A stretch of 64,000 nt of DNA from Leptolyngbyaceae cyanobacterium (GCA_965263355.1 CBDHHL010000032.1:576001-640000), one strand, 5' to 3'. Positions 1-10,479 are shown, counted from the first letter of the stretch. Notes: generated from the letters alone by a model not told the origin. Translations and numbers: made by a program.

Positions 1-640
1 CAACTGCTACCAAGTAGTCAAAGACTCCGTCGACGACCTAATCCACAACCTACAAAAGCATCGCAACGAAAAAGACTACTTTTACGAAGTCCGCAGCTGG
101 GACCGTCAAACTGAATTTGCGACCAAAACCCCTGCTCAGCGGGCGGCACGCATCATTTTTCTGAATAAAACCTGCTATAACGGCCTCTTTCGTGTCAATT
201 CCAAGGGGCAATTCAATGCCCCCTTTGGTCGCTATAAAAACCCTACTATTGCCGATAAAGCCGTTTTACGTAACGTCAGCGCCTACCTAAATCATGCCGA
301 TGTTACTATCCGGCAAGCAGACTTTGCCATAGCCGTTGCCGAGGCAAACCAGAACGATTTTGTGTATTTTGATCCGCCCTACGATCCAGTGTCAACCACG
401 GCATCATTTACCGGATATGATCGCCAAGGGTTTGATCGCACTGAGCAGCAGCGATTAAAAAACGTATTCGATCAGCTAACAACACGTGGCTGCAAAGTGC
501 TACTGAGCAATGCCTATACAGACTTTATTCGGGCCCTTTATCAAGACTATCGCTGTGTACGCGTTAGCGCTACGCGGGCGATTAACTCAAACGCCACCAA
601 ACGGGGCAAAGTGGATGAGATTTTAGTGATGAATTATTAA
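1..640 (+). CDS. dam: Dam-family (D12 class) DNA adenine methyltransferase, 5'-truncated by the window edge
   Basis: Frame from nt 2 is open (NCYQVVKDSVDDLIHNL...RAARIIFLNKTCYNGLFRVNSKGQFNAPFG...VYFDPPY...). DPPY catalytic motif and LNKTCYNGLFRVN are typical of Dam-like MTases. Confidence 0.9.
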   Translation, partial: NCYQVVKDSVDDLIHNLQKHRNEKDYFYEVRSWDRQTEFATKTPAQRAARIIFLNKTCYNGLFRVNSKGQFNAPFGRYKNPTIADKAVLRNVSAYLNHADVTIRQADFAIAVAEANQNDFVYFDPPYDPVSTTASFTGYDRQGFDRTEQQRLKNVFDQLTTRGCKVLLSNAYTDFIRALYQDYRCVRVSATRAINSNATKRGKVDEILVMNY

Positions 641-671
641 CAACATAATGATTTGTCAGAAATAACGCGTC

Positions 672-1397
672 CTAGCCTTCAGGTAATGGCGGCACTAATG
701 GCTTGACCTGAAGCAAAATTTGCGGTAGTTCGACTGACACAATCTGCCAAAGACGGGCGTAATCAATATCGTCATACTTGTGGATGATAATATTCCGCAG
801 CGCTATCGCACCACTCCAGTCGATCTCACGATGGCTCACTTGAAAATCAACACTTAACCGATTGGCCGCTTCACCCATAATTTCCAACTGGCGCTCCACA
901 GCACTCTGGAATAGCTCATCCCCTAATAAATCATCGTAGGTGCGGCCCACTAAAAACCGGGCAATTGCTTCCATCGCTTTTACCATGTCGAGCAAGGCAG
1001 CATGATTACGAGCGGTCTCGGTCATTACGGGGTCACCCTCTAGCAAACCTGTAAAATTTCTCTGTTCCGGCGGATAAATGACACAGTAGGTGCGCAATAT
1101 CTCCGCCCTGGTAAAGGGATTTAACAGTAACCGCTTTTGAGTTAGATCCACCTCACGTTTAACCAACTGGCTCAGTTCCCTTTGAACCTGCTCACCATTT
1201 AAGCCATCCTGCTGGTGCTCAAATACCACCAACACATCAACATCGCTATCCTCTCGAAAATCTGTCCGAATAGCAGAGCCAAATAGGCCCAGCTCCTTAA
1301 TATGCCAACGGTGACAAAATTCAAGAATGTCAGCTTCAGACATATGCAACCTGTCAACCAGCACAGACGGTAACGCTGAAATTGTGTTGGTTTTCAT
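672..1397 (-). CDS. Fused minimal nucleotidyltransferase (MntA-like) + HEPN/DUF86 (HepT-like) protein
   Basis: N-terminal LFGSAIRTDFREDSDVD (GS-x10-DxD) and C-terminal AVERQLEIMGEA...LRNIIIHKY (R-x4-H-x-Y) in one uninterrupted 241-aa ORF. Confidence 0.85.
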   Translation of the reverse strand: MKTNTISALPSVLVDRLHMSEADILEFCHRWHIKELGLFGSAIRTDFREDSDVDVLVVFEHQQDGLNGEQVQRELSQLVKREVDLTQKRLLLNPFTRAEILRTYCVIYPPEQRNFTGLLEGDPVMTETARNHAALLDMVKAMEAIARFLVGRTYDDLLGDELFQSAVERQLEIMGEAANRLSVDFQVSHREIDWSGAIALRNIIIHKYDDIDYARLWQIVSVELPQILLQVKPLVPPLPEG

Positions 1398-1528
1398 AGG
1401 TCACACCTTTTGTTTTGTTGACTTATTATCATCACTTTTATCGCATCTGTCGTCAGATAGAGATCGCACTATCCCTACTCCTGCTGCCAACGCTAAAATG
1501 AGCCCGACTTAATTATGAAACCGGGATC

Positions 1529-2392
1529 ATGGCCGTCTACCACTGGCAGAATTACACCTGCGCCTATGAAGTACACAATGCAGACAGTGCCGCCACACCG
1601 CTGCTCTTAATTCACCCCATCGGTGTGGGCTTAGCTGGAAAGTTTTGGCAGCCCTTGGTCGACCAGTGGCAAGGACAACCTCTATATGTGCCGGATCTGT
1701 TGGGCTGCGGAGACAGCGATTTACCCCGTCGACCCTACAGTCCCCGCGACTGGGCTGAACAACTTGATTACTTTATTACCGACGTTATTCAGCGTCCGGT
1801 CATCCTTGTGGTGCAGGGAGCACTACTGCCGGTTGCCTTAGAACTGATGGCCGATAAAACCATGGCTCACTCTGTTGTGGGGGCAGCCCTGTCCGGTCCA
1901 CCCGCCTGGCGCTTGATTACCGAACCAACTGCACGCTGGCGTCAGCAGCTGAACTGGTCACTCTTTCAATCGCCCTTTGGCTGGGGATTTTATCAATATG
2001 CCCGCACCCAGAAATTTTTAAAGTCATTTTCTGAACGCCAGCTGTTTGACCAGGCCGCGGATGTCACCGATGACTGGTTAACCATGCTCAAGGATGGCTC
2101 ACGGGATATGGGCACACGTTATGCCGTGTTTTCGTTTTTAGCCGGGTTTTGGCGACAGGATTATGGCTCTGCGATCGCAGCTATCCAACAGCCCATCCTC
2201 GTGATTATGGGCAAAACCGCATCTACTATCGACCGCACAGCCCAGGACACCACGGCTCAACAGCGTCTGGACGACTACACCCAACATTTTCCCAATGCCC
2301 ATGGCGTCTTTATGACGGGTCGCAATGTGCTGCCCTATGAATCAACTGCTGAATTTATTCAAGTCCTGATGCCCTTTGTAAACAACCTGTAG
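1529..2392 (+). CDS. Alpha/beta-fold hydrolase
   Basis: LLLIHPIGVG and PDLLGCGDSD motifs; 287 aa. Confidence 0.8.
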   Translation: MAVYHWQNYTCAYEVHNADSAATPLLLIHPIGVGLAGKFWQPLVDQWQGQPLYVPDLLGCGDSDLPRRPYSPRDWAEQLDYFITDVIQRPVILVVQGALLPVALELMADKTMAHSVVGAALSGPPAWRLITEPTARWRQQLNWSLFQSPFGWGFYQYARTQKFLKSFSERQLFDQAADVTDDWLTMLKDGSRDMGTRYAVFSFLAGFWRQDYGSAIAAIQQPILVIMGKTASTIDRTAQDTTAQQRLDDYTQHFPNAHGVFMTGRNVLPYESTAEFIQVLMPFVNNL

Positions 2393-2401
2393 GGTAGGAG
2401 C

Positions 2402-4612
2402 TTAAGGGGTACCAAATTCAACCCCTCCTGCCTCCCCTTCGCCCGTCTCCTGTCCAGACTCATTGGAGGTTTCGCCAGAGGTTTCACCTTCAGCAGGCGT
2501 ATTAGTCTCGTTATTATCAGATGCATCATCAGATGCACCATCGGTTGGGGGCTCCTCCGTTGGCGCTTCACCATCAGGCGTTGTGCCATCGTTGGTGGGC
2601 GTCGTGTCAGAGTTATTGTCCTCCGGTGGTTCGGGCGGTGTGGTGCGAATATTATCGACAGCAACATTCAGGGCATAGTTGATGGGATTGGGGGAGATGG
2701 ATGCGATCGCAACTTCGTAATATCCACTCTGCGCTAAGCGTCCCGACCAGGTAGTCTCAGAAGAATCAGAGAGTAAAAACGGCAGCTTTTGCGTCGGTTC
2801 TGGCAAGTAAAGAGACATTAGCGTGCTATTTTCAGGGGCACGCAGATTGATCCGCAAATTTTGACCTTCCTGAAGATCAAGAACAAACACCCGTCCTTCC
2901 CCCACGCCCAACTGACCGGTCAAACGCTGGCTAAAGCTACCTGGTTCAAACTGAACCCGTTCAAGCGTTTTACCAGACTTCAAATCATCTAGGCTGTCCT
3001 GCGCCAGGGCGTACCATACCTGACCAATGGGCTGATCTAAAATCGCCTCCCGAGGCTCTTGCGGAAAAATAGCCGCAAATTTAGCATCAGCCAAGTCATC
3101 AAGGGCACGGCCACTCACATTCAATTGATTCACAGTGCGACGCCAGCTTTCATGATCATCAGCCCCATAGGCCCCCAGTCCTCGTCTGGCTGGCATACTC
3201 AGATGCAGCTCTAACAAGTCCAAGGCATCCATCGCCAAATTATCCCAACGTAAACGCAACGGAGCATCGTCTACAGCCGTGGTTAAAGGACGTCCTCGTA
3301 AATTGGGATATTGCTGATAAAAACGCTGATTAATCCAAAGATTTAACCAAGCATCGTTAACGCCTAACGCCTGACGACGCTGTAATAATTCCTCCTTACG
3401 CGCAAGTTCATCTGGGGTCAGCTGATTGGGCACCCCCTGATCAATGGAATCGGGGTCTGAAGCCCGTTGACCAAACGGCCAACGAGGTCGAAACCCAAAA
3501 CCAGCTAAAAAGACCAGGATTAGACTCGTAATCCCTAACAATGCCAACAAACCAATGACAGCCTGTATAAAGCCTGAACGGCCCCCCACTTGCTTGGTTG
3601 GACTTACAGACGTAGGTGCATCTACAGTGGTTGCAGCAGCGGAAGAAACTACCTGAGTTGCCTCCGTCGGATACACTTCAGCCTCGCTAACACCGTCCAA
3701 CGTGCCATTGTCATCAACTACCGGTAACGACATATTGTCAGCCAACTCATTAGCTCCAGATAAGTCCCCAGCGTCATCTCCCTGCAGAGCTTGCATTACC
3801 TCGACAGCCGATGCATAGCGCTGAGCTGGCAATGGTGCCAACATTTTTTTAAGCACCTGATTTAAAGGCTCACCTAAACTAATAAAGCGCTCCCAATTCC
3901 AGACACCTTCGTAAATATCAAAGATCTCCTGAGGTTCCTTACCCGTAGCCAACACCACCAGCGTTGCGGCTAACCCATATAAATCACTGGTGGCATCCAC
4001 AGACCCTGACTGAAACTGCTCTGGAGGTACATAACCAGCTTTACCAATACGGGTCTGATGCACTTCAGCAGCCAGTTCTTGCTCAACCGTTGCCGCAATT
4101 TGTTTGACACTGCCAAAATCAATCAGTACTGGCAGCCCATCACTAGACCGCAAAATCAGGTTTTCGGGTGAAATGTCACGATGGATAATATCTAAGCTAT
4201 GAATATAGTCCAGGACCGGCAGTAGCTGATATAGCAGCTGAGTGATTTCTGTCTCACTGAAATGGCCGCCATGGGCTTGACGACCTTGTAACAAGCTCCG
4301 GTAAGTCTGGCCCGCCACATAATCTTGGACCAGAAAAAGCTGTCCCCCTTCCCGCATCAACTCACGAAATTTAGGGATTTGGGGATGCTGCAACTGATAA
4401 AGCACTTTAGCTTCCCGCTCAAACAGCTCCTGAGCCTTAGCCAATAAGCCTGGGTCATCAATTTGAGGCACAAATTCTTTGAGCACGCAGGCTTCCTTAA
4501 ACCGATGTAAGTCTTCGGCCAAATAAGTACGACCAAACCCGCCTTCTCCCAGTTCTCGCTGTACGTTATAACGTGCGCCCAACGGGGTGCCCGTCTCCCA
4601 GGGTGTGCTCAT
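2402..4612 (-). CDS. Membrane-anchored Hanks-type Ser/Thr protein kinase
   Basis: LGEGGFG, VLKEF, HRDISPEN and IDFG motifs; one TM segment, an extracytoplasmic domain and an acidic low-complexity tail. Confidence 0.9.
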   Translation of the reverse strand: MSTPWETGTPLGARYNVQRELGEGGFGRTYLAEDLHRFKEACVLKEFVPQIDDPGLLAKAQELFEREAKVLYQLQHPQIPKFRELMREGGQLFLVQDYVAGQTYRSLLQGRQAHGGHFSETEITQLLYQLLPVLDYIHSLDIIHRDISPENLILRSSDGLPVLIDFGSVKQIAATVEQELAAEVHQTRIGKAGYVPPEQFQSGSVDATSDLYGLAATLVVLATGKEPQEIFDIYEGVWNWERFISLGEPLNQVLKKMLAPLPAQRYASAVEVMQALQGDDAGDLSGANELADNMSLPVVDDNGTLDGVSEAEVYPTEATQVVSSAAATTVDAPTSVSPTKQVGGRSGFIQAVIGLLALLGITSLILVFLAGFGFRPRWPFGQRASDPDSIDQGVPNQLTPDELARKEELLQRRQALGVNDAWLNLWINQRFYQQYPNLRGRPLTTAVDDAPLRLRWDNLAMDALDLLELHLSMPARRGLGAYGADDHESWRRTVNQLNVSGRALDDLADAKFAAIFPQEPREAILDQPIGQVWYALAQDSLDDLKSGKTLERVQFEPGSFSQRLTGQLGVGEGRVFVLDLQEGQNLRINLRAPENSTLMSLYLPEPTQKLPFLLSDSSETTWSGRLAQSGYYEVAIASISPNPINYALNVAVDNIRTTPPEPPEDNNSDTTPTNDGTTPDGEAPTEEPPTDGASDDASDNNETNTPAEGETSGETSNESGQETGEGEAGGVEFGTP

Positions 4613-4720
4613 TGATAGGCTCCTTCACAGGTGAGTGTGCGCCCCACTAAACATCGGGACTAATTGGTCAGTTTAGTGGGTTTTCCCACAGATGCAACCA
4701 CCCTTTTCATTTTTTTTTAT

Positions 4721-4764
4721 GACCCGTTGTAGAGGCGTTCCACGGAACGCCTCTACAACGGGTC
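4721..4764. repeat. GTAG-type REP-like palindrome
   Basis: GACCCGTTGTAGAGGCGTTCC-AC-GGAACGCCTCTACAACGGGTC: perfect 21-bp arms; core related to the copies at 7605, 12797 and 54486. Confidence 0.8.
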
Positions 4765-4769
4765 TAACC

Positions 4770-6062
4770 CTATTCGTTCATATTTTTATAGGTGGCAACG
4801 GCGGACGGCGATATGCGATTGAGATAACGGAAAATCCAATACTTAAACACCGTGTCCAAAATTACAGGAAACGTAGCGATGAAGAGGAAAATAAAATCAC
4901 GGTTGGCCGGAAATCCCAAGTGGCGAGACAGACCTTCCAATAAAATTTCCCAACCATGGGGTGAGTGAAACCCTACAAATATGTCGGTAAACAGAATAAT
5001 GATAAACGCCTTGGCACTATCGCTTAAACCATAGACAATCTCGTCGATAAATGCTTTGAGCGTAGCCACCTGACGCTTACAGGCGCTTAACAAAAGGGAA
5101 AAGGCCAAGACAGCAAACATATCGGCGAATACATTTTTGACTGAGTCCGCACTGCGTTCGCGATACTCCTGTTCAATATCTAAGGCTTTATCCAACACCC
5201 GTTCTTCTAATTGGGTTTCATTCAGGGCAGCCACTTTACCCAAAATCACCTCAAACCGTAAACGTTCTTCAAACTGTTGCAGCTCATGCAGAGCTTCTTC
5301 TTCCATTTCATCGTTGAGAAAGACTTCTGCATCAGTGGTCTCACGCACATAGTCCACCACTGGACCGACGACAAAGTGCTTGGTTAACTGCTGGGTCAAT
5401 AGCGGCACAATCACCAGTAGCAAAATAAAGCGTAGGGCAATTTTTGTCTTACCCTGGGATTTTCGAAAGCTGCGCATTACATCGGCTTCGGCCTTTGGAT
5501 CCAGATCCTGCTTAACTCGATCCACCGTGCGCAAAATCGAACGGGGTAATACACTACTACGGGCCGCTAACCCCGCCCGGCTTTTATCGGTTTTGCTAGC
5601 ACCATTTTTAGAACTGGTCTGGGCAGCGTTAAGCTCACTAGGCGTTTCTAACGCTGTGCTCGACTGGGATAGATTGTCGTAGCGCCCTAAAATTTCGTCA
5701 ATAAACCGTAGTTTTTTAAAGATGATGGCAGATTGATCGATCAGATCAAGGGTGTATTCATCCTGCTGATCGTCGTAGGAGCGCACTTCCATTTGCTGTC
5801 CCTGGGACAGGCTTGAGCGGGCTGCTTCAAACACCTCCATCCGCTGCTTAATCAAGAGAATGTTGCGCTCAACCTCACCCTGAATATAGCGATACGCACT
5901 GCTACCATAGTCGCCATTCTCTGGGGTAATCGGCTTACCATCAAAATAGTCGTCTTCTATTTTTTTGATGCCTAAGGCAGCTTCGTAGGCTTGGTCAAGG
6001 GATTGGTCAGGGGATTTAAAGAGCCACTGCCCTGCGTTGCGGAAAAATGCCCGAAGCTGCAT
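4770..6062 (-). CDS. pcxA: Proton extrusion protein PcxA (CemA family)
   Basis: C-terminal YGLSDSAKAFIIILFTDIFVGFHSPHGWE and FPVILDTVFKYWIFRYLNRISPSAVATY are the CemA/PcxA signature. Confidence 0.95.
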   Translation of the reverse strand: MQLRAFFRNAGQWLFKSPDQSLDQAYEAALGIKKIEDDYFDGKPITPENGDYGSSAYRYIQGEVERNILLIKQRMEVFEAARSSLSQGQQMEVRSYDDQQDEYTLDLIDQSAIIFKKLRFIDEILGRYDNLSQSSTALETPSELNAAQTSSKNGASKTDKSRAGLAARSSVLPRSILRTVDRVKQDLDPKAEADVMRSFRKSQGKTKIALRFILLLVIVPLLTQQLTKHFVVGPVVDYVRETTDAEVFLNDEMEEEALHELQQFEERLRFEVILGKVAALNETQLEERVLDKALDIEQEYRERSADSVKNVFADMFAVLAFSLLLSACKRQVATLKAFIDEIVYGLSDSAKAFIIILFTDIFVGFHSPHGWEILLEGLSRHLGFPANRDFIFLFIATFPVILDTVFKYWIFRYLNRISPSAVATYKNMNE

Positions 6063-6133
6063 GGAAATATGTAGGTACTCTGGAATGCCAGAACCATAGT
6101 ATCAATTCCACGAGAGTACCATTAGAAATTCAG

Positions 6134-7582
6134 TCACTTGGCATAGCCTGAGACAGCACCCTCATTCGGTCGCTTAGTAATGTCAGGTGCAGTATCAGGG
6201 GAGAAAATACGCCAGGATTGATCGAGTCGGGTAACCTGCCCCAAGGGAACAAGTGCCTGAATTAACGGACCATTGGTCAATTGACGCATGAATATTGCAA
6301 CCGCTTGCTGACTATTGACAACTACATCGTAGGCGGCAATACTTCGCAAATTCAATAGGGTAATTAGTAGCAGAGCCATCAGGGTTGTCAGACTCAAAAA
6401 ACTAGTGTGGCGAATGTTAAAGGACTGGTATTTGAAGGGTTTAGTAAAATTACCTGCAAACCGACGATTATTGGCAATGGTTTCATAGATGCGGGTACCT
6501 ATGGCCATCAGAGGAGGCCATCGCAATACCTTTGCCAAAGGCCACAACACGGGCGAAAGACTAACAACATAGGCAATGCCATGCCATTTGTAATGGTGGT
6601 TTCCTTGCCAGTCCACAATCACCCACGAATTCTGGGTTTCCATGGCAGTCTGAATGACCGGATCACTCTGGGCGATTTGCAAAGGAACTCGTCTGGGTAA
6701 GACTAAGAATGTCCGCAACAGGTGAACAACTTTTTTGCAAAAGCCGCACTCAGCATCGTAATAGATTTTTAACCCCAGCTGCTTGGATGTGAACACCCGC
6801 TCAGTCCTGCTATCCCACCAGGATGACGGGATAAACGCTAGCCAGGTAAAACAACCGATTAGCGGCAGTAGCCCTAGCTGTGAGGTGAACGCACTGATAA
6901 GGTGAAAACTGATCAGGACCACCACGGCCAACAGTCTGCAAATGTCGGTCTTAATCGGACTCCACAATAAAAGTGGACCGACCCAGGCTAACGCTATGGC
7001 AACCCCTAACCCGTTATTCTCACCGTTGAGCATGGGAAATAATGCAGACGCTATATAGATGTAGCACTGCTGGGCCATCAGCCCCAAGGTAGCACCAGTA
7101 AAAATTCGTTTTGGCTGAGGTGTAGGGGACATATTGAGCGCCTGGTCCACTGAGTAGCTACTGCCCAAGGGCAAAAACATAGCCCAAAACACCATAGCCC
7201 GCAGCACATCGTCAACGGCAGAAAGCACTAAGGGATTGCGGTTATGCAATGAGACCAGCATTATCCAGGCGACTATCGTGGCCCAACGGGTCCGATAGCC
7301 AATCAGCATGAGTAAGGCGCTGAGGGTCGCGATCGCAAAGCACACGACCTGCCACCCGACCGAACCACTCAACGCATGAATTGACCAGTACCCCGGCAAC
7401 CACAGCTCCCTTAGCAAGCTACGGGGCACAGTCCCTTGATCGCTGTAGTACGCCGACAAATTTCCCAGACGCCCCCCCAGATCGCAAAGAATCACTAGGG
7501 CCAGACCAAGACGCAACAGGGCCAATGAGCGCAGATCGAGACTATAACGACGTTCGAACGGTTTTAACCAGGAAACCAACAT
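6134..7582 (-). CDS. HTTM-domain membrane protein with a DCC1-like thiol-disulfide oxidoreductase domain
   Basis: LDLRSLALLR and SLHNRNP (HTTM) plus IYYDAECGFC (DCC). Start placed at ATG 7582 because the longer ORF start lies inside a REP palindrome. Confidence 0.8.
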   Translation of the reverse strand: MLVSWLKPFERRYSLDLRSLALLRLGLALVILCDLGGRLGNLSAYYSDQGTVPRSLLRELWLPGYWSIHALSGSVGWQVVCFAIATLSALLMLIGYRTRWATIVAWIMLVSLHNRNPLVLSAVDDVLRAMVFWAMFLPLGSSYSVDQALNMSPTPQPKRIFTGATLGLMAQQCYIYIASALFPMLNGENNGLGVAIALAWVGPLLLWSPIKTDICRLLAVVVLISFHLISAFTSQLGLLPLIGCFTWLAFIPSSWWDSRTERVFTSKQLGLKIYYDAECGFCKKVVHLLRTFLVLPRRVPLQIAQSDPVIQTAMETQNSWVIVDWQGNHHYKWHGIAYVVSLSPVLWPLAKVLRWPPLMAIGTRIYETIANNRRFAGNFTKPFKYQSFNIRHTSFLSLTTLMALLLITLLNLRSIAAYDVVVNSQQAVAIFMRQLTNGPLIQALVPLGQVTRLDQSWRIFSPDTAPDITKRPNEGAVSGYAK

Positions 7583-7604
7583 AACAAACAGATAAGAAAT
7601 GGAC

Positions 7605-7640
7605 CCTTGTAGGGGCGTTGCATGCAACGCCCCTACAAGG
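7605..7640. repeat. GTAG-type REP-like perfect palindrome
   Basis: CCTTGTAGGGGCGTTGCA|TGCAACGCCCCTACAAGG, 36 bp. Confidence 0.85.
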
Positions 7641-7648
7641 TGGGCAGG

Positions 7649-8854
7649 CTATTGTTTCTTAAACGGCCAAAGCACACGACCGATTTGACCAAGGGCACGA
7701 CGGGCCACCTTTAGCCGGTGATGATTTGTCGGTAACCGATGAATGTATACAGCTCGGCGGATAATCCCCCCCAGCTTGCCCCCAAGACTAATACCAAAAC
7801 TCCAAACACCACCCACGCCTTTACCTAGGGCTAGCATATCGCCCAAATGGAGATAGTGAAAACGCTTGGCCTGCTTCTGGCGAGTCATATTAGCCAGACT
7901 ACCTGCCACAGCAGCAGCAGCTTGATAGGCGGCCTGGGCCGTATTGGGAACTGTTTTTGGTTGGGCAGCCACATCCCCCACAACAAAAACATTAGGATAG
8001 TTTTCCAGTTGAAGTGTTAGACGTACCTGCACTTGTCCCTGGTTATTTGTGCTAACTGGCCCACCTAACCATGCCACCGGTTCAGTGCCCGTCGCCCACA
8101 GTGTGAGATGGCTAGGCAGCTCAACATCCTCCAAATAAACGCTCTGGGGACCCACTCGATTAATTTGAGTTTTCAGATGCAGCTCTACATTACGCCGTCT
8201 CAACGCCACCATAGCCTGACGCTGCAGTCCTTGAGGAAAGGATTTGAGAATTTGGTTACCCCGATCCACCAACCGAACACGCCCCCTATCTCTCAGACGA
8301 TCGGCCACTTTGGTAGCCAATTCAACACCACTAGCCCCCGCACCAATAACGGTCACAGCCACTGAATGAGGAAATCGAGCCAACTGATCTAATCGCGCCT
8401 TGACCGCAACAACATCCTCTAAACTACGGAAAGTCAGGGCGTGCTCATTGATACCAGGAATCGGCAGCTGACGGGTTTTGGCCCCCGTGGCAACAACTAA
8501 ATAATCGTAATTAAACCGATCTCCCCGCCGGAGGGTAACCTGCTGTCTCGCCAAGTCAATATGGTCAGCCCAATCCTGCTGCCACTGAATATTAGTACCG
8601 GCGAGTAAACTTTGATAGGTAGGAGCCACTTCCCATAGCAGTAGCTCTTCAGTAAGCACTTCATATAGAAGTGGTGTAAACAGAAACCGCTCGCGCGGCT
8701 CAATCAGCCTAATAGCAGCATCTTTAAGGTGACGATATTTTTGCAAATATAATGCCGTGTACAAACCACCAAAGCCACCCCCAACAATCACAATATGCGG
8801 GTTATGAGTAGTCGCACGGTCCAAAGAAAATGTTGGCATAGGAGTTAAGGTCAT
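7649..8854 (-). CDS. NAD(P)/FAD-dependent oxidoreductase, type II NADH dehydrogenase family
   Basis: GGGFGG and GAGASGVE Rossmann motifs, FTPLLYE, VFVVGD. Confidence 0.85.
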   Translation of the reverse strand: MTLTPMPTFSLDRATTHNPHIVIVGGGFGGLYTALYLQKYRHLKDAAIRLIEPRERFLFTPLLYEVLTEELLLWEVAPTYQSLLAGTNIQWQQDWADHIDLARQQVTLRRGDRFNYDYLVVATGAKTRQLPIPGINEHALTFRSLEDVVAVKARLDQLARFPHSVAVTVIGAGASGVELATKVADRLRDRGRVRLVDRGNQILKSFPQGLQRQAMVALRRRNVELHLKTQINRVGPQSVYLEDVELPSHLTLWATGTEPVAWLGGPVSTNNQGQVQVRLTLQLENYPNVFVVGDVAAQPKTVPNTAQAAYQAAAAVAGSLANMTRQKQAKRFHYLHLGDMLALGKGVGGVWSFGISLGGKLGGIIRRAVYIHRLPTNHHRLKVARRALGQIGRVLWPFKKQ

Positions 8855-8905
8855 ATTACCTGTTTAGCAATTGCAATCACCGATGGCAATATCCTTAACC
8901 TGGTT

Positions 8906-9625
8906 ATGATGCAAAATGTAGAAAACTATCTCAGTAGTGGAATTTGGCCACCTGCCACAGCTGATTGTTACCAAACTCTAAAGCCAATCACGCTAGATTT
9001 GTGGCGTATCCCTTTAAACCAGCAGCCCCAGGTCGATATCCTATCAGAGGATGAATTGACCCGTCTAAATCGCTATCGGTTTCCAGCGGATCAACGAAAA
9101 TTTGGGGTAGCCCGTAGTAGTTTGCGTCGGATTCTGGCTAACTATGCTCAAACCAGGCCGACTGACCTTGTTTTTGACTATGGGCCTCGTGGAAAACCGT
9201 CTTTACGCACCCATGACTGGCTCCAATTTAATCTCTCTCACTCCGGTGAATATGCGTTATGTGGAGTTGCCAGACAGGTTGTGGGAGTGGATATTGAACA
9301 GCTAAGGTCCATAGATAGCTTAGAAGGACTGATTAAACGATGTCTAGCTCCCTCCGAACAGCAGACAATCGCTAAAACTCCATTACCAGAACAAAGTACG
9401 GCTTTTCTAAGGTACTGGACATGTAAAGAGGCCTATCTTAAAGCCACAGGCCAGGGCATTAGTGAATCTTTAGCTGCGATCGCAGTTGAATTAACCCCCT
9501 TCCCAAAACTAAACGTACCGGGTCAACCCTGGCAATTACGAGTTTTTGTCCCCTGTGATGGCTACACAGCCGCCATAGTAACGCCAACCACCGTTAGCCA
9601 AATACGTCTCTGGACCCCTAACTAA
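8906..9625 (+). CDS. Sfp/HetI-type 4'-phosphopantetheinyl transferase
   Basis: GKP, FNLSHSG, VGVDIE and WTCKEAYLKATG motifs. Confidence 0.92.
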   Translation: MMQNVENYLSSGIWPPATADCYQTLKPITLDLWRIPLNQQPQVDILSEDELTRLNRYRFPADQRKFGVARSSLRRILANYAQTRPTDLVFDYGPRGKPSLRTHDWLQFNLSHSGEYALCGVARQVVGVDIEQLRSIDSLEGLIKRCLAPSEQQTIAKTPLPEQSTAFLRYWTCKEAYLKATGQGISESLAAIAVELTPFPKLNVPGQPWQLRVFVPCDGYTAAIVTPTTVSQIRLWTPN

Positions 9626-10176
9626 ACGAGGGCAGGCGGCACAGCCGACTCAGAAATAGCACCCTCAAGCCGCACACCAGACCAGTTAACTCCTCGTAAA
9701 ACCGTCCCCGTCAGATCAGCTCCGCTCAAATTAGCGTGGGACAAATCCGCTCCGCTCAAATCGGCAAAACAGAGCTTTGCACCCTGTAAATCTGCCCCTT
9801 GCAAGTTAGCCTGCCGAAAATCACTCAACCGCAAGTCTGCCTGCTGCAGGGACACTTCGGTTAAATTGGCAAAACTCAGACAGCTACGCAATACCAAAGC
9901 CCGACGCAAATCAGCTTGCCTTAAATTTATCCAACTTAAGTGGGCTCGCCAAACCATAGCCCCCGTTAGATCAGCCTGTTCCAAATCAGCTTGACTCATG
10001 TTGGCCCAGGTCAAATCGGCATAGGGTAAACAAATTCCAGGAAGAATCGCTTCAGGCAACTGGATCTCTCGCAGATCAGCCCGCTCAAACTGCCGTTGGC
10101 CAATGCTATACCGTCCAATTAATTGAGATACTTCCACTAATAATTCCTCAACCACTAGGCCGGATAGGATAAACAT
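9622..10176 (-). CDS. Pentapeptide repeat protein
   Basis: Tandem A(D/N)Lxx repeats. Confidence 0.88.
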   Translation of the reverse strand: MFILSGLVVEELLVEVSQLIGRYSIGQRQFERADLREIQLPEAILPGICLPYADLTWANMSQADLEQADLTGAMVWRAHLSWINLRQADLRRALVLRSCLSFANLTEVSLQQADLRLSDFRQANLQGADLQGAKLCFADLSGADLSHANLSGADLTGTVLRGVNWSGVRLEGAISESAVPPALV

Positions 10177-10479
10177 ACGAAACAGCTCGCTAGCAGTGAT
10201 GCTAGCCGTTTAAGCTGAGTTTTTGTAAACTTATGTTAACGACAATTAATGTAACAAGCCTTGGAAAGATCCGCAAGCGTAGCGTTTGCCATGGCGGCCC
10301 CAAATGAATCATGAAACATTGACATATCAACTGGGTAGCCTGGGGTTTCAATGTCTGCCAACGTTGGCTTCAAACCATTACAACGTTTTATTAGAACAAT
10401 CTTGGCGTTCAATCGAGATTAGGTTTGGGGCAATCCGTGGTAACAATAGCGAAAACAGTAGAGGTCACCGAAATAATCC

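Noticed and set aside
1..1397. Restriction-modification system
   Set aside because: No endonuclease is visible downstream, and solitary Dam-type methylases are common in cyanobacteria. The upstream side is outside the window.
8906..9625. NRPS/PKS cluster marked by the PPTase
   Set aside because: No carrier-protein, PKS or NRPS genes are nearby; it is probably the stand-alone housekeeping PPTase.
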